A stretch of 64,000 nucleotides of DNA, taken from assembly GCA_038046765.1 (NCBI GenBank), contig JBBSVN010000010.1:22172-86171 (forward strand), read 5' to 3'. Every line of letters begins with the position of its first letter. The first letter of the stretch is position 1. The stretch comes from Candidatus Micrarchaeota archaeon (lineage in GTDB: Archaea > Micrarchaeota > Micrarchaeia > Anstonellales > Bilamarchaeaceae). Below the pieces are notes generated by a model. It searched no databases, had not been told where the DNA came from, and was given only the letters and a program-made list of their open reading frames with translations. Of this stretch, positions 1 through 9,678 are shown one piece after another. Both the position numbers and the translations under genes were made by a program.

Positions 1-614
1 TTTCAATCGGGTGCTTTCAGAGTATGGCTGATGAAATCGATTCGAGTGTATGCTCAAATCTTGGGGTTGATGCAGTTCGAAGAAGAACTGGCGGAGGCGC
101 AGTTTATCATGATAATTTAGGTGAAATTACCTATAGTGTAATTGCTCCTCAAAATATGTTCCCGTCAAACATTATTGAAAGCTACAAAATCATTTGCGGA
201 TGGATCATAGATAGTTTATCTCTACTTAATATTCAAGCGCAGTTCGTTCCGATAAATGATATTGTAAGCGGTGGGAAGAAAATTTCAGGAAATGCGCAGA
301 CAAGACGTGGCGGAGTTTTATTGCAGCATGGCACTATTCTTTACGATGTCGATGTTAAGAAGATGTTTTCACTATTAAAAGTTCCTAATGAAAAAATCAG
401 AGATAAAATGATTGCGACAGTTGAAGAACGGGTTACTAGCATAAAAAGAATAAAACCAGAAATTACAAGAGATGCTCTTTACCAAGCTTTAGTTAAAGGA
501 TTTATTAATGGTAAATCGTTCAGCTTTGGTTCTTTAACTGGGGAAGAAATTTCTCGTGCAAAAGAATTAGCAGAAACTAGGTACTCAAATAAAGAATGGA
601 ATTTTTCAAGATAA
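1..614 (+). CDS. lplA: Lipoate-protein ligase A family protein (5'-truncated by window edge)
   Basis: Motifs RRxTGGGAVYHD, KKISGNAQ, LQHGT; frame is open to the window start (SIGCFQS precedes the Met at 24). Confidence 0.88.
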   Translation, partial: SIGCFQSMADEIDSSVCSNLGVDAVRRRTGGGAVYHDNLGEITYSVIAPQNMFPSNIIESYKIICGWIIDSLSLLNIQAQFVPINDIVSGGKKISGNAQTRRGGVLLQHGTILYDVDVKKMFSLLKVPNEKIRDKMIATVEERVTSIKRIKPEITRDALYQALVKGFINGKSFSFGSLTGEEISRAKELAETRYSNKEWNFSR

Positions 615-679
615 ACTTCTATTTCGTTGTATTTTTCGCTTTCCGTTTTTTTTAAATGTTTGCCATTAAATAAATATTT

Positions 680-1096
680 ATGAACATCTTAAAAATATTT
701 TTAGGACTAGGATTAGTGATGGGCTTTGTGATGGCTCTAAGCGGAATCGCTTTTGCAGATGCAGTACCAGCAGTTTATTTGACCAACCCTCAAAATAACA
801 CAAATGGAACAGCAAACCCAGTAGATTTGCACTTTTTTGCAAATGATGTTGAAGACTCAACATTAACGTGCTATTTGTATGTTACTGATGAACTTTCTAG
901 CCTTGGATGGAACCCTGCTAACTATGTCTTTATTCATAGACAAACTATGAACAACGTACCTGTAAATCAAGTAAGTTACTTTACGTATACATTCCCATCG
1001 GCAGGTAGTTACGAATGGACGATTAGATGCGATGACTCATTTGGTAATCAAAAGTGGGCTGACTGGTTTGTAAGATCTGTTCATGTACAATCATAA
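680..1096 (+). CDS. Secreted small beta-rich (Ig-like) protein
   Basis: Signal peptide ending AFA; LTCYLY...GSYEWTIRCDDS pattern typical of archaeal surface Ig-like domains. Confidence 0.55.
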   Translation: MNILKIFLGLGLVMGFVMALSGIAFADAVPAVYLTNPQNNTNGTANPVDLHFFANDVEDSTLTCYLYVTDELSSLGWNPANYVFIHRQTMNNVPVNQVSYFTYTFPSAGSYEWTIRCDDSFGNQKWADWFVRSVHVQS

Positions 1097-1168
1097 TATT
1101 CTACATTTATTTTCTTTTTCTTTTTTTAATATCTTTATAAAAACGTTATTTTGGTTATCTTTGCCAAC

Positions 1169-1203
1169 TATATCCTAAACAATAACGTTAAAGTTTACGA
1201 TAT
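1169..1203. repeat. 35-bp palindromic direct repeat, upstream copy flanking ATPase 1234..2532
   Basis: TATATCCTAAACAATAACGTTAAAGTTTACGATAT identical to 2558-2592; imperfect similarity extends over 1165-1220 / 2554-2609. Confidence 0.95.
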
Positions 1204-1233
1204 GATTATAAACTATTACGTTTATATCTATTT

Positions 1234-2532
1234 ATGGAGAATGCACAACTGATGGAAATCCTCTTAGATTGGAATATCTGGAGAAAAGAAATTTATACGG
1301 GTATAGAACGAACTGATCAACTAGGAAAAATCGAAAAATTAGCTTCTTCAGAGCAGGTTACTGTTATCTCTGGCCCAAGAAGAGCTGGAAAATCTACGAT
1401 CATGCTTCAATACTTAAAATCCCTGCTTTCAAAAGGCATAAAAAAAGAACAAACGTTATTTGTTAATTTTGAGGATTCACGTTTCATTAATCTTGATGTG
1501 AACACTTTAAACAAATTATATGCTATCTATAAACAAAATATAAATCCTTCATCAAAGTCCTACATTTTTCTTGATGAAGTTCAAAAAGTTCTATCCTGGG
1601 AGCGCTTTGTGCGTGGATTACATGAAAGAAAGGAAGCAAATCTTTTTGTATCTGGTTCCAACTCGCAATTGCTAAGTTCGGAATACGGGACTTCGCTAAC
1701 TGGCAGGCACTTAGACTTAGAGATTTATCCTCTTTCTTTTAAAGAGTTTTTATCTTTTAATTCTATTAGTGTAGCTGACAACCTAGATTACGTCTCAAAA
1801 AGAGACACTCTCAAAAACTTATTTAACGAGTATCTTACTTATGGTGGTTTTCCGAAAGTTGTTCTTGAAAAAGAAAATAAAAAGGAATTACTTAAGACAT
1901 ACTTCGAGGATATCCTTTTTAAGGATATAATAAATAAATACAAGGTTCGGGAAAGCGAAAAGTTAAGCACACTTGCATATTACTATCTAAGTAATATTTC
2001 TTCTGCGCATACGATTAATAGTATAAGCAAGTTCATTCCTCTTTCTAATGATACACTTGATCGTTTTTCACAATATCTTAACCAAGCTTATTTACTATTT
2101 TTTGTTCCCAAATTTTCAACTTCTTTAAAAGAGCAAGCTATAAATGCAAAAAAAGTATATGCAATTGATACTGGTTTAAAAAATATGGCAGGTTTTAAGC
2201 ATAATGAAGACTTTGGAAAATTACTTGAAAATCTTGTTTTCCTTGAACTTAAAAGGCAAAAGAAAGAAATTTATTACTGGAAAGATCGTTATGATTACGA
2301 AGTGGATTTTGTTATTAAACAAGGTCTTAAGCCAAGTAATCTGATCCAGGTTTGCTGGGATTTATCAAATGAGAAGGTTAAGCAAAGAGAAACGCGATCA
2401 TTAGAACGGGCAATGGAAGAATACAAGTTAAATGAAGGCACAATAATTACGCAAGACTACGAGGGTGAAGAAAATATTGGCGGTAAAAAAATACTATATA
2501 AATCAGCAGTTAAATGGTTTTTAGGTATTTAA
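1234..2532 (+). CDS. AAA_14/DUF4143-type ATP-binding protein with C-terminal PD-(D/E)xK-like domain
   Basis: Walker A GPRRAGKS, Walker B IFLDEVQ, VSGS, GGFP, KKVYAIDTG, LLENLV, YEVDFV...IQV. Confidence 0.9.
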   Translation: MENAQLMEILLDWNIWRKEIYTGIERTDQLGKIEKLASSEQVTVISGPRRAGKSTIMLQYLKSLLSKGIKKEQTLFVNFEDSRFINLDVNTLNKLYAIYKQNINPSSKSYIFLDEVQKVLSWERFVRGLHERKEANLFVSGSNSQLLSSEYGTSLTGRHLDLEIYPLSFKEFLSFNSISVADNLDYVSKRDTLKNLFNEYLTYGGFPKVVLEKENKKELLKTYFEDILFKDIINKYKVRESEKLSTLAYYYLSNISSAHTINSISKFIPLSNDTLDRFSQYLNQAYLLFFVPKFSTSLKEQAINAKKVYAIDTGLKNMAGFKHNEDFGKLLENLVFLELKRQKKEIYYWKDRYDYEVDFVIKQGLKPSNLIQVCWDLSNEKVKQRETRSLERAMEEYKLNEGTIITQDYEGEENIGGKKILYKSAVKWFLGI

Positions 2533-2557
2533 CACAAAAAACGCCATACCTATCAAG

Positions 2558-2592
2558 TATATCCTAAACAATAACGTTAAAGTTTACGATAT
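2558..2592. repeat. 35-bp palindromic direct repeat, downstream copy
   Basis: Exact match to 1169-1203, 25 nt after the ATPase stop codon. Confidence 0.95.
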
Positions 2593-2644
2593 ACTTAGTA
2601 ACTATAACGCTAAAAATAAAATAAACGAATAAAAAGTAATATTT

Positions 2645-2902
2645 ATGCAACTTAAAATCCGTGTCCACCCAAATTCAATAAAATTTCGAATCCTTGAGAA
2701 GGAAGATGTTCTTCACGTTTACTTAGAGAGTGAACCCGAGAAAAACAAGGCAAATCTAGAATTAATAAAAAAACTCACAAAGCTTTTTGACACAGAAGTA
2801 ACTCTGGTCTCTGGATTAAAAAGCAGAGATAAAACGGTAAATATAAATATCTTGGAAGATGAGTGGAACACTATAAAACAAAAATTACTTGAAAAAAGGT
2901 GA
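2645..2902 (+). CDS. DUF167 (YggU) family protein
   Basis: IRVHPNS...PEKNKANLELIK...LVSGLKSRDK pattern, 85 aa. Confidence 0.85.
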   Translation: MQLKIRVHPNSIKFRILEKEDVLHVYLESEPEKNKANLELIKKLTKLFDTEVTLVSGLKSRDKTVNINILEDEWNTIKQKLLEKR

Positions 2903-2906
2903 ACAT

Positions 2907-3251
2907 ATGTTTATTTTTCAGTATGCATATACATCAAAACCCGAAGATTTATCAGTCAAGAAAGCACCTAAGGAATTAGTTAAAGATATGATAAAATTGG
3001 CACAATCTTCTACGTCTATAGTTTCTATAAATAGTCTTAAGGAAAGACAAAAAGATTTGGAAAAAGCAATTAAAGACTTAAACGCATTAATGAATACAAA
3101 AAACGAATTCGGGATTAATCCAAATAAGCCTATAAATGACATCATGCTAAAAGCAATGGCCGAACTTGTCCTTGCGTCAAGCCAAAATCAGGGAATGATT
3201 CGTGAACTTGAAAGAAAGACAAACGCTAAAGCGAAATTTTCAAAAAAATAA
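2907..3251 (+). CDS. Hypothetical helical protein
   Basis: ORF with GGTGA RBS just before ATG 2907; basic C-terminus. Confidence 0.5.
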   Translation: MFIFQYAYTSKPEDLSVKKAPKELVKDMIKLAQSSTSIVSINSLKERQKDLEKAIKDLNALMNTKNEFGINPNKPINDIMLKAMAELVLASSQNQGMIRELERKTNAKAKFSKK

Positions 3252-3254
3252 AAT

Positions 3255-4958
3255 CTAGCAGGTAAATATAAAAATCAATTTATCCTTCTCTTTTTTGTCT
3301 AACCTGCAAAATCCAAATCTTTCAAACTGTATCATATCTCCAATATCTAAATTCATGCAATCTGATTCACAGTATCCTTTTACAATTTCTAAACTATTCG
3401 GAATGTAGTTTTTATTTTCATCCACTAATTCTTTTGGAACCATAATTTCGCAATCTATTTTACTTTCTTCGCTTACCCACTGGATTTTCTTCTCAACCAT
3501 CGCATCTGGCATTTGTTCAACGGTAAGTTCTTTTTCTGATGTTATTAGTTTCGCATTGGACAAATCTTTTAGTCTAAATATCTCATTTTTCTTTAAACTT
3601 TCTGCATCGCTACTACTAATGTAAAGTGTATCATTTACTTTTATTTCTCTAAATCCGTAATCGGCTGATGGGTGCAATTTGATTTTAACATCGGTTTCTT
3701 TAGCATTTTTTATTTTCATTTTAACTGGATTACTTACAAAGAAATAATGCTTTGAAGTTGGTTCAATAAGTTTCTTATTTTCAACCAATAATCGTTCCCA
3801 AGTGGGTTCGCTTTCAACTTTACTTAAACCAAAAGAAAGTACAAAGTTCTTAATTGCTTGAGGTATTATTCCTCTTCTTCTTAGTGCAACCAGTGTTGGC
3901 AATCTCGGGTCATCCCAGCCCAAAACTTTTCCTTCTTTTACTAGCGGAACTAGTAAACGTTTGCTAATTGGAGCACCTTTAATTGCGAGCCTTGAAAACC
4001 CGATCATTTTTGGTGCAATTAAATCAAGTGCAGTAAATATAGCTTGATAGAGTTCATCTCGTAGTTCATATTCTTTTGAGCGCATTGGGTGAGTCGTTCC
4101 TTCAATTAAATCCATTATGCAAACAGCTAAATCATATCCAGGCCAAACTCTGTACTTTTCTGCTTGACGATAATGTTTTGCAATAATTATTCTTGCGAGC
4201 ATTGGATCTCGCATTACGGTGTTCAGTGCGCTTAAATTTCCTCTAAATCTAAGTATTGCATCTCCTTCGTTGTATTTGCCATTAAGCATATCTTTCCAGC
4301 GTAAGAGGTTGTCTTTTGGTTTTAACCCGTGGCATGCGCAAGGTTTCATTTCTTCTCTTAATTTACTTATTGTTTCTTGCTTGCAAGTACAAACATATGC
4401 CTTTTCTTTGGAAATAAGTTTTTCTGCGTATTCATAAATTTCTTGGATATGGTCGCTAGTATAATTTTCTTCGTCCCATTTTATCCCAAGCCAGGTTATT
4501 CCCTCTTTTATCCCTTCTACGTATTCTTGCGATTCTTTTTCGGGATTGGTGTCATCAAATCTTAAAACAAGTTTTCCTTGGTAATTTCGGGTAATTTCAT
4601 TAACTAAACATAATGCTTTAGCGTGTCCTATATGGGAGTATCCGCTAGGTTCAGGGGCAAATCTAGTTACAACTTTTCCAATCTCTGCTCCTTCTACTTC
4701 GAGTTCTTTTTTCTCCTCCTTCTTTTTCTCTTCAAAGTGATAATTTTTAAGTTCCTCCTCTACTGCTTCTTTGGAAAGCTTGTTTATTTCAGAAACGATT
4801 GCGTTTATTTTCTGCATTGTCCCTTTCATGTCTGTTTTGCAATCCGGCACTTCGCCTATAACCTTGCCTACAACCGAGCCTGCGCTGGCTTTTCCAAAAT
4901 CATGTGCATTCTTTAGTGCGTGTTTACGAATAATTTGGTCTAAATTAGTAGAAGTCAT
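3255..4958 (-). CDS. gltX: Glutamyl-tRNA synthetase (archaeal type)
   Basis: RFAPEPSG..HIGH, RFDDTNP, ISKR, GWDDPRLPTL, QFERFGF. Confidence 0.97.
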   Translation of the reverse strand: MTSTNLDQIIRKHALKNAHDFGKASAGSVVGKVIGEVPDCKTDMKGTMQKINAIVSEINKLSKEAVEEELKNYHFEEKKKEEKKELEVEGAEIGKVVTRFAPEPSGYSHIGHAKALCLVNEITRNYQGKLVLRFDDTNPEKESQEYVEGIKEGITWLGIKWDEENYTSDHIQEIYEYAEKLISKEKAYVCTCKQETISKLREEMKPCACHGLKPKDNLLRWKDMLNGKYNEGDAILRFRGNLSALNTVMRDPMLARIIIAKHYRQAEKYRVWPGYDLAVCIMDLIEGTTHPMRSKEYELRDELYQAIFTALDLIAPKMIGFSRLAIKGAPISKRLLVPLVKEGKVLGWDDPRLPTLVALRRRGIIPQAIKNFVLSFGLSKVESEPTWERLLVENKKLIEPTSKHYFFVSNPVKMKIKNAKETDVKIKLHPSADYGFREIKVNDTLYISSSDAESLKKNEIFRLKDLSNAKLITSEKELTVEQMPDAMVEKKIQWVSEESKIDCEIMVPKELVDENKNYIPNSLEIVKGYCESDCMNLDIGDMIQFERFGFCRLDKKEKDKLIFIFTC

Positions 4959-4983
4959 AACTAAGATAATAAATGGAAATACT

Positions 4984-5913
4984 TTAAATCAGTTCTTCTT
5001 GAGTTATTTCGTGTGCAATACGTAATACTGTCCTTACAATTTTTTCTCCTGCGAATTTTTTATATATTGCATCGAATCTCGCGTTTTCAATTCGCGCTTC
5101 AAGTTCCTTTGTTCGGTCTTCCGGGCTTACTGAAGCACTTTGTAATATTACTATAGTTTCTGGTGATTCCAATCTTAATTTACCTATGAATTCCAAGCCT
5201 TCTGGCAAATAGATTCCATCGGAACCCCGTCTTTTGCCCGCTTCACTGTCTTTAGTCCAATCTAAATCGATAATTATTATATCTGGTTTTGCTAATCTTG
5301 AAATTCTTAGTGCCTCATCAACATCTTCTATCCTTCTTTGACTTACGATTCTAACTTGGTCATATAACTTTTCATGATAAAAATCAACGATGGACGTCTC
5401 ATCATCAAATATTGCAATTTTTGCTTGCATTAATTTTCTTCTTATTTGACTAGCAGCTAATTCTAAATCTTCTATTCTTTCAAAAACCAGATCAAATAAT
5501 CTTCTTTCAATATTATTTAACTTAATTTCTCCCTGTTCTATTGCAACTATTACTGTTGCTGGATGCTCAGATCTAATCATTCTAGCTAAGTCTGTTGCCG
5601 GGTTATGTGCTCCTAGTACAAAATTAGTTGTAGTTAATAAAATTGAAGGTAAATGTGTGCGAAACTTTGTGTTTGCTTGCAGGACTGTATCGCAAAATTC
5701 GCCGTTAACTAGTTTCATATGTTTTTTCAGTTTCCCCTTTCTTTCTGGACTAAATGTGTGAGAGCCTTCAACCAATACTGCTGTAGGTTTTTCCCACTGT
5801 TCTCTGGCTCCAACGTGTTTTTCCCTTAAATTATTTAGACGATGAGCAAGCTCGGGTGTGTACATTTGACCAGATATCCTTTTACCGGTTCTTATGGGAG
5901 TTCCTAAGCTCAT
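4984..5913 (-). CDS. Orphan protein with C-terminal response-regulator receiver-like domain
   Basis: IAIFDDE...PDIIIIDLDW...GLEFI...VILQSAS...YKK; ATG 5913 lies about 25-30 nt from a TTTAAA box. Confidence 0.6.
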   Translation of the reverse strand: MSLGTPIRTGKRISGQMYTPELAHRLNNLREKHVGAREQWEKPTAVLVEGSHTFSPERKGKLKKHMKLVNGEFCDTVLQANTKFRTHLPSILLTTTNFVLGAHNPATDLARMIRSEHPATVIVAIEQGEIKLNNIERRLFDLVFERIEDLELAASQIRRKLMQAKIAIFDDETSIVDFYHEKLYDQVRIVSQRRIEDVDEALRISRLAKPDIIIIDLDWTKDSEAGKRRGSDGIYLPEGLEFIGKLRLESPETIVILQSASVSPEDRTKELEARIENARFDAIYKKFAGEKIVRTVLRIAHEITQEELI

Positions 5914-6049
5914 ACAAGAATATATCTTCACAAGATGTTTTAAATCTATCTAATTTGTGTTTTTTAATGGTTTATTGCATAAATTAGAAACTCGATACGA
6001 AACACTAAATATGTAATACAAAACACAAAATAATCAGATATAAAAAATT

Positions 6050-6211
6050 TGGGGTCACTGTGATTTTCAAACCAGAAGAAAAATTTCTTTTGGTGGTTTT
6101 TGAACACAGATCAAAGCCTTTTTCTTTTCTACACTACTTTTGCCATACGCAAATGCATTGACAAAAGTAGCAACCCGAAGGCCTCAGTCTACCAGGTTAG
6201 CCCATGACCCC
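6050..6211 (-). tRNA. tRNA-Pro(CGG) with two introns (54 nt at 37/38: 6173-6120; 35 nt at 59/60: 6098-6064)
   Basis: Acceptor GGGGTCA/TGACCCC+A, anticodon stem AGGCC/GGCTT with TT-CGG-G|A loop, T-arm CTGTG-TTCAAA|T-CACAG; 73-nt cloverleaf after removing both hairpin-forming inserts. Confidence 0.92.
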
Positions 6212-6344
6212 TTAATTGTAATTATATCTAATTATGTTGCCTAATACTTTAAAAATTACTTGGAAACCAATGCATATTATCTCTAATCCTGTCATTATTA
6301 GTGTAACAATATGTTTTTATACTTATTTGTGTATATAATATTGT

Positions 6345-7559
6345 ATGCAGCAGATACTAAAGCAAGTTCGCTTGTGGGATAAATCTCGTGAGCTTAGGCC
6401 ATCTATATTTGAAAGACCAAATGCAATATTGCCTAGCCGTGCAAAAAAACTAATTCATATGAAAACATTTAATGCGTTTTTCGATTCTTGGGTTGTCCCA
6501 GCTGCACTTTCTTTGAATCCTTATTTTGTAGCTGATATTAATTTACTCCTGGCTAAGCTTAGACGCAACGCTTTAGAGCCTAGAAATCTGGAGGTTCTAA
6601 CTGGTGATCGGGTTGTTGATTTTGAACTTCTTTCAATTTATCTTGCAATTCGGGTTATGTTGGATCACACCGACTCTCTTGCTAGAAATCCGCTTAAAGA
6701 TATGGATTTTATTTCAATTAATATCTTAAATTCTCTAAAATCATCTGGGGGCATTCCCTTAACTAATCAACAATTGGTTCAGTCTTTTGACCGAATTTCT
6801 TTTTTAGATCAGAATATTCAAGCCGTATTATATTCATATCTTGTAGAACCCGTTCTTAGGGGAGTTGTAAAATCTAATTCGCCTATTGCAAATGAAGTTC
6901 TTGATACTATCGCTACTTTTGTACGCTCAAAGGTCGATGGAGATATCTCATTTATTCTAAGTTATCCATTTTTTGGTGGATTTCGTTCTCGCCTTGTTGC
7001 AATTTTAGGTCCAGATGTAAAAAATAGTTTTTACGTAAGCCAGGATATTCTTGCACAAGTTTCTTCTTTTAGCGGTGAAAAACTTGGACATGTTACTGCT
7101 CTAGGTGATAAATTAAACGAAGAACATATTGCAATGATTCTTATGTACCCTTGGGAAGCGTGTCATATTGAAAAAGCACTTGAAATGCAGAATCGAGGGA
7201 TTAACGTTGTTGCTCCTGTGGGTACGATTCTTATAGATGAATTAGAATTTGCTCTATTTCGTTGGGTAAAAGGTACTACATTGCATAAATCCCAAGACAA
7301 ATCTTTGTGGCATATGTACGGAAAGTTAATTCGAACTTGTCATGATCGGGGAATTGTCATTGGCGATGTTGCTGGCAGAAATGTAATCTGGACTGGCAAT
7401 GATTTAGTACCATTAGATTTTGAACATACCTGGTTTATGCCATCCACATTTCCAGTAAATGCTCAAAATCGCTTAGTGCACTTTTCCAGAATAGAAGAAG
7501 AACTACGAGAAGCCCCTACACTATTTCGTTCTTTTATTCGTGGTTACTCGGGCATCTAA
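6345..7559 (+). CDS. Orphan protein with C-terminal protein-kinase-like (Kdo/RIO-like) domain
   Basis: HDRGIVIGDVAGRNVIW...LDFEH catalytic-loop and DFG-like motifs. Confidence 0.6.
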   Translation: MQQILKQVRLWDKSRELRPSIFERPNAILPSRAKKLIHMKTFNAFFDSWVVPAALSLNPYFVADINLLLAKLRRNALEPRNLEVLTGDRVVDFELLSIYLAIRVMLDHTDSLARNPLKDMDFISINILNSLKSSGGIPLTNQQLVQSFDRISFLDQNIQAVLYSYLVEPVLRGVVKSNSPIANEVLDTIATFVRSKVDGDISFILSYPFFGGFRSRLVAILGPDVKNSFYVSQDILAQVSSFSGEKLGHVTALGDKLNEEHIAMILMYPWEACHIEKALEMQNRGINVVAPVGTILIDELEFALFRWVKGTTLHKSQDKSLWHMYGKLIRTCHDRGIVIGDVAGRNVIWTGNDLVPLDFEHTWFMPSTFPVNAQNRLVHFSRIEEELREAPTLFRSFIRGYSGI

Positions 7560-8224
7560 CCTTCAAAATATTTCCTAAATTTAGCCGTAACGGTTAATTT
7601 TGAAGTTCTGCCTGCCTTTTGGGTCTTTACAAATTCATTTTCAACCAATTCGCGAACGTCATCGTAAATTTGTGGGCCAATTTTTTTAACAAGTTCAGAT
7701 TTCAATATTCCGTCATGTTTGGAAATAAATGCTAAAGTTCTAAGTGCATGTTTACTAAGCGCACTGTCCTGTGCAAACTGTTTTACGCGTACTAAATACT
7801 GATTTCTCACGCGCATTCCATATTTATTTTCAATTTGAATTATTTCTATTGCGCTTGCTTTTTCATCGTATTCTTTCTTAAGTTCTTGCATTAGATTTTG
7901 CAGGTACCCCATTGCACCTATCCCTGTTAATTTTCTTAGTTCTTCAAGGGATAGTTCTCGCCCTGATAAAAATAAGGCAGCTTCAACTACTCTTTTTTCG
8001 GAGAGTTCTACGATTGGGTTAGCCCCAGTTAGTGTTGTTTGCATTCTCTGTTTTTCAATCTGGGTTTGTTCCTGGATTTCTTTGTCTTCATCCTGTTTAT
8101 CTCCCTGCTCAAGTTCATCTGATCCAGTCTCGGTTTCTATATCTTCTGTTTCTTCTAAGTTCTCCTCTTTATCTTCTAGAGTTTGTTCGCTTGTTTCTTC
8201 GCTAATTTCTTCTTCGCCTTCCAT
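7556..8224 (-). CDS. scpB: SMC-Scp complex subunit ScpB
   Basis: VVEAALF, LSKHALRTLAFI, VTAKFRKYF; acidic N-terminal tail. Confidence 0.88.
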   Translation of the reverse strand: MEGEEEISEETSEQTLEDKEENLEETEDIETETGSDELEQGDKQDEDKEIQEQTQIEKQRMQTTLTGANPIVELSEKRVVEAALFLSGRELSLEELRKLTGIGAMGYLQNLMQELKKEYDEKASAIEIIQIENKYGMRVRNQYLVRVKQFAQDSALSKHALRTLAFISKHDGILKSELVKKIGPQIYDDVRELVENEFVKTQKAGRTSKLTVTAKFRKYFEG

Positions 8225-8239
8225 GAAAATTACCCTTGA

Positions 8240-8779
8240 TTATCCTTTAGTGTACTTTTTTAACTGTTTTGTAAAATCAATCTTATCTGATTTTTTTATT
8301 TTTCCTTTTATTATGTCCAGCATAAATTTTATACTGCTTTCTATGTTTCTTTTTCCAGTGTCTATGTCATAAATTTTTGATTTGTAATTATCTAGTGCTT
8401 TTTGTGTGCAATAATCAAGCATTTCACAAAGTAGATTGTCATCTATTTTCTGATTAGAGTATCCTCTTTTTTGCATTCTTCTTTTTAATAATCCGGGTTC
8501 GGTTCTAAGTACAAAAACAATGTTCGCAGGAAGACTAATCTCACATAATAAGTGATTTTCAATTATTATATCCTTTCCGTTCTTATTTTTTTCTTTAATT
8601 ATTTGAAGTAGTTTTCTTCTTAGTTTCAATACGTCTACTTCTTTATCTTTCGTGATTTTTTTCACATCTATTAGTTCGTAGCCTAGTCTTTTTGTAAGTA
8701 CCTTAGCAATAGTTGACTTTCCTGTTGCAGGAGTTCCTGTTATTATAATTAATTTTTCAGTACTCATAATATTTTTCAT
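8240..8779 (-). CDS. Adenylate kinase, AK6/Fap7 family
   Basis: ITGTPATGKST, IIENH, VLRT..LKRRMQKRGYS..KI..N...E. Confidence 0.85.
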   Translation of the reverse strand: MKNIMSTEKLIIITGTPATGKSTIAKVLTKRLGYELIDVKKITKDKEVDVLKLRRKLLQIIKEKNKNGKDIIIENHLLCEISLPANIVFVLRTEPGLLKRRMQKRGYSNQKIDDNLLCEMLDYCTQKALDNYKSKIYDIDTGKRNIESSIKFMLDIIKGKIKKSDKIDFTKQLKKYTKG

Positions 8780-8782
8780 GTT

Positions 8783-9676
8783 TTAACCTGCACTTTCAAT
8801 TATTTCTTTAAATAAAAAATAACTCTGCAATCCGCTTATTCTTACGATATAATAATTTCCTTCTATTCTAGTTTCTATAGCGTTGTATGCCTGCGGAGAA
8901 TTGTAATAAATTTGATTGTCTATAGCTTTTTTTACTACTATTTGCTTATTTTTATCAAAGTAAATTTCGATTGTTGGAGTTCCTTTAATTCCAATTGATT
9001 GTCCATAAATTAAATCATTTTCAATTTTTTGAAGAGTTTGGTTATTATCATAGCAATTGCTAAATTTATTTATGTCCAAGTTAAGTAGTCCTGCATATTT
9101 TTTGAATATGTTATCTGCTGCCCTTGGAACTACAATAATCCATTCTGAAGATCTGTCGTATAATAAATTATGCATTTGCCAAAATTCTCCCTGTTCGTTT
9201 GCACATCTGGCTGCCTTTGCAGATTGTAGTGCCTTATCATGAAAATCAAGCGGAAAATCCTTATAATATATTACTACTTTGTTCAGGCTCACATAGTTTC
9301 TTATTATTAGTTTTTCCACATCGCTATAATACGAATTACAAAAAGGACACTGAAAATCGCTAAAAACTACTATTTTTATAGGGGCATTTACATTGCCTAA
9401 ATATATTGCATTTTTGTCATCAAAAAGACCATTACCGTCGGAATAATTTAAAGTAAAGTTTTCAGAATAGTTATCTGTTTGGTTAAACTTATTTTGACTT
9501 GGTTTAGATAATAAAATCATCGTTCCTAAGAATAAAACCTCCAAGATAATTAGAAATATTATTGCATATATTAATTTTGTACCTATTGACATTATCTCTT
9601 CTTTAGTAGTTTTGGTTCTGCCTAAGTTTGGCTCTTGCAACTGTTTCTTTTTTATTTTTGAATTTTTATCTGTCAT
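8783..9676 (-). CDS. Membrane-anchored DsbA-family thiol-disulfide oxidoreductase
   Basis: FSDFQCPFC, DFPL..H..A..AA.CA.EQG.FW, GTPT cis-Pro loop, N-terminal TM. Confidence 0.9.
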   Translation of the reverse strand: MTDKNSKIKKKQLQEPNLGRTKTTKEEIMSIGTKLIYAIIFLIILEVLFLGTMILLSKPSQNKFNQTDNYSENFTLNYSDGNGLFDDKNAIYLGNVNAPIKIVVFSDFQCPFCNSYYSDVEKLIIRNYVSLNKVVIYYKDFPLDFHDKALQSAKAARCANEQGEFWQMHNLLYDRSSEWIIVVPRAADNIFKKYAGLLNLDINKFSNCYDNNQTLQKIENDLIYGQSIGIKGTPTIEIYFDKNKQIVVKKAIDNQIYYNSPQAYNAIETRIEGNYYIVRISGLQSYFLFKEIIESAG

Positions 9677-9678
9677 AG

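Noticed and set aside
1169-2592. 35-bp palindromic repeats as a CRISPR array
   Set aside because: Only two copies, separated by a whole gene; no spacers and no cas genes
6051-6211. GGGGTCA...TGACCCC terminal inverted repeat as a MITE
   Set aside because: Fully explained as the acceptor stem of an intron-containing tRNA-Pro
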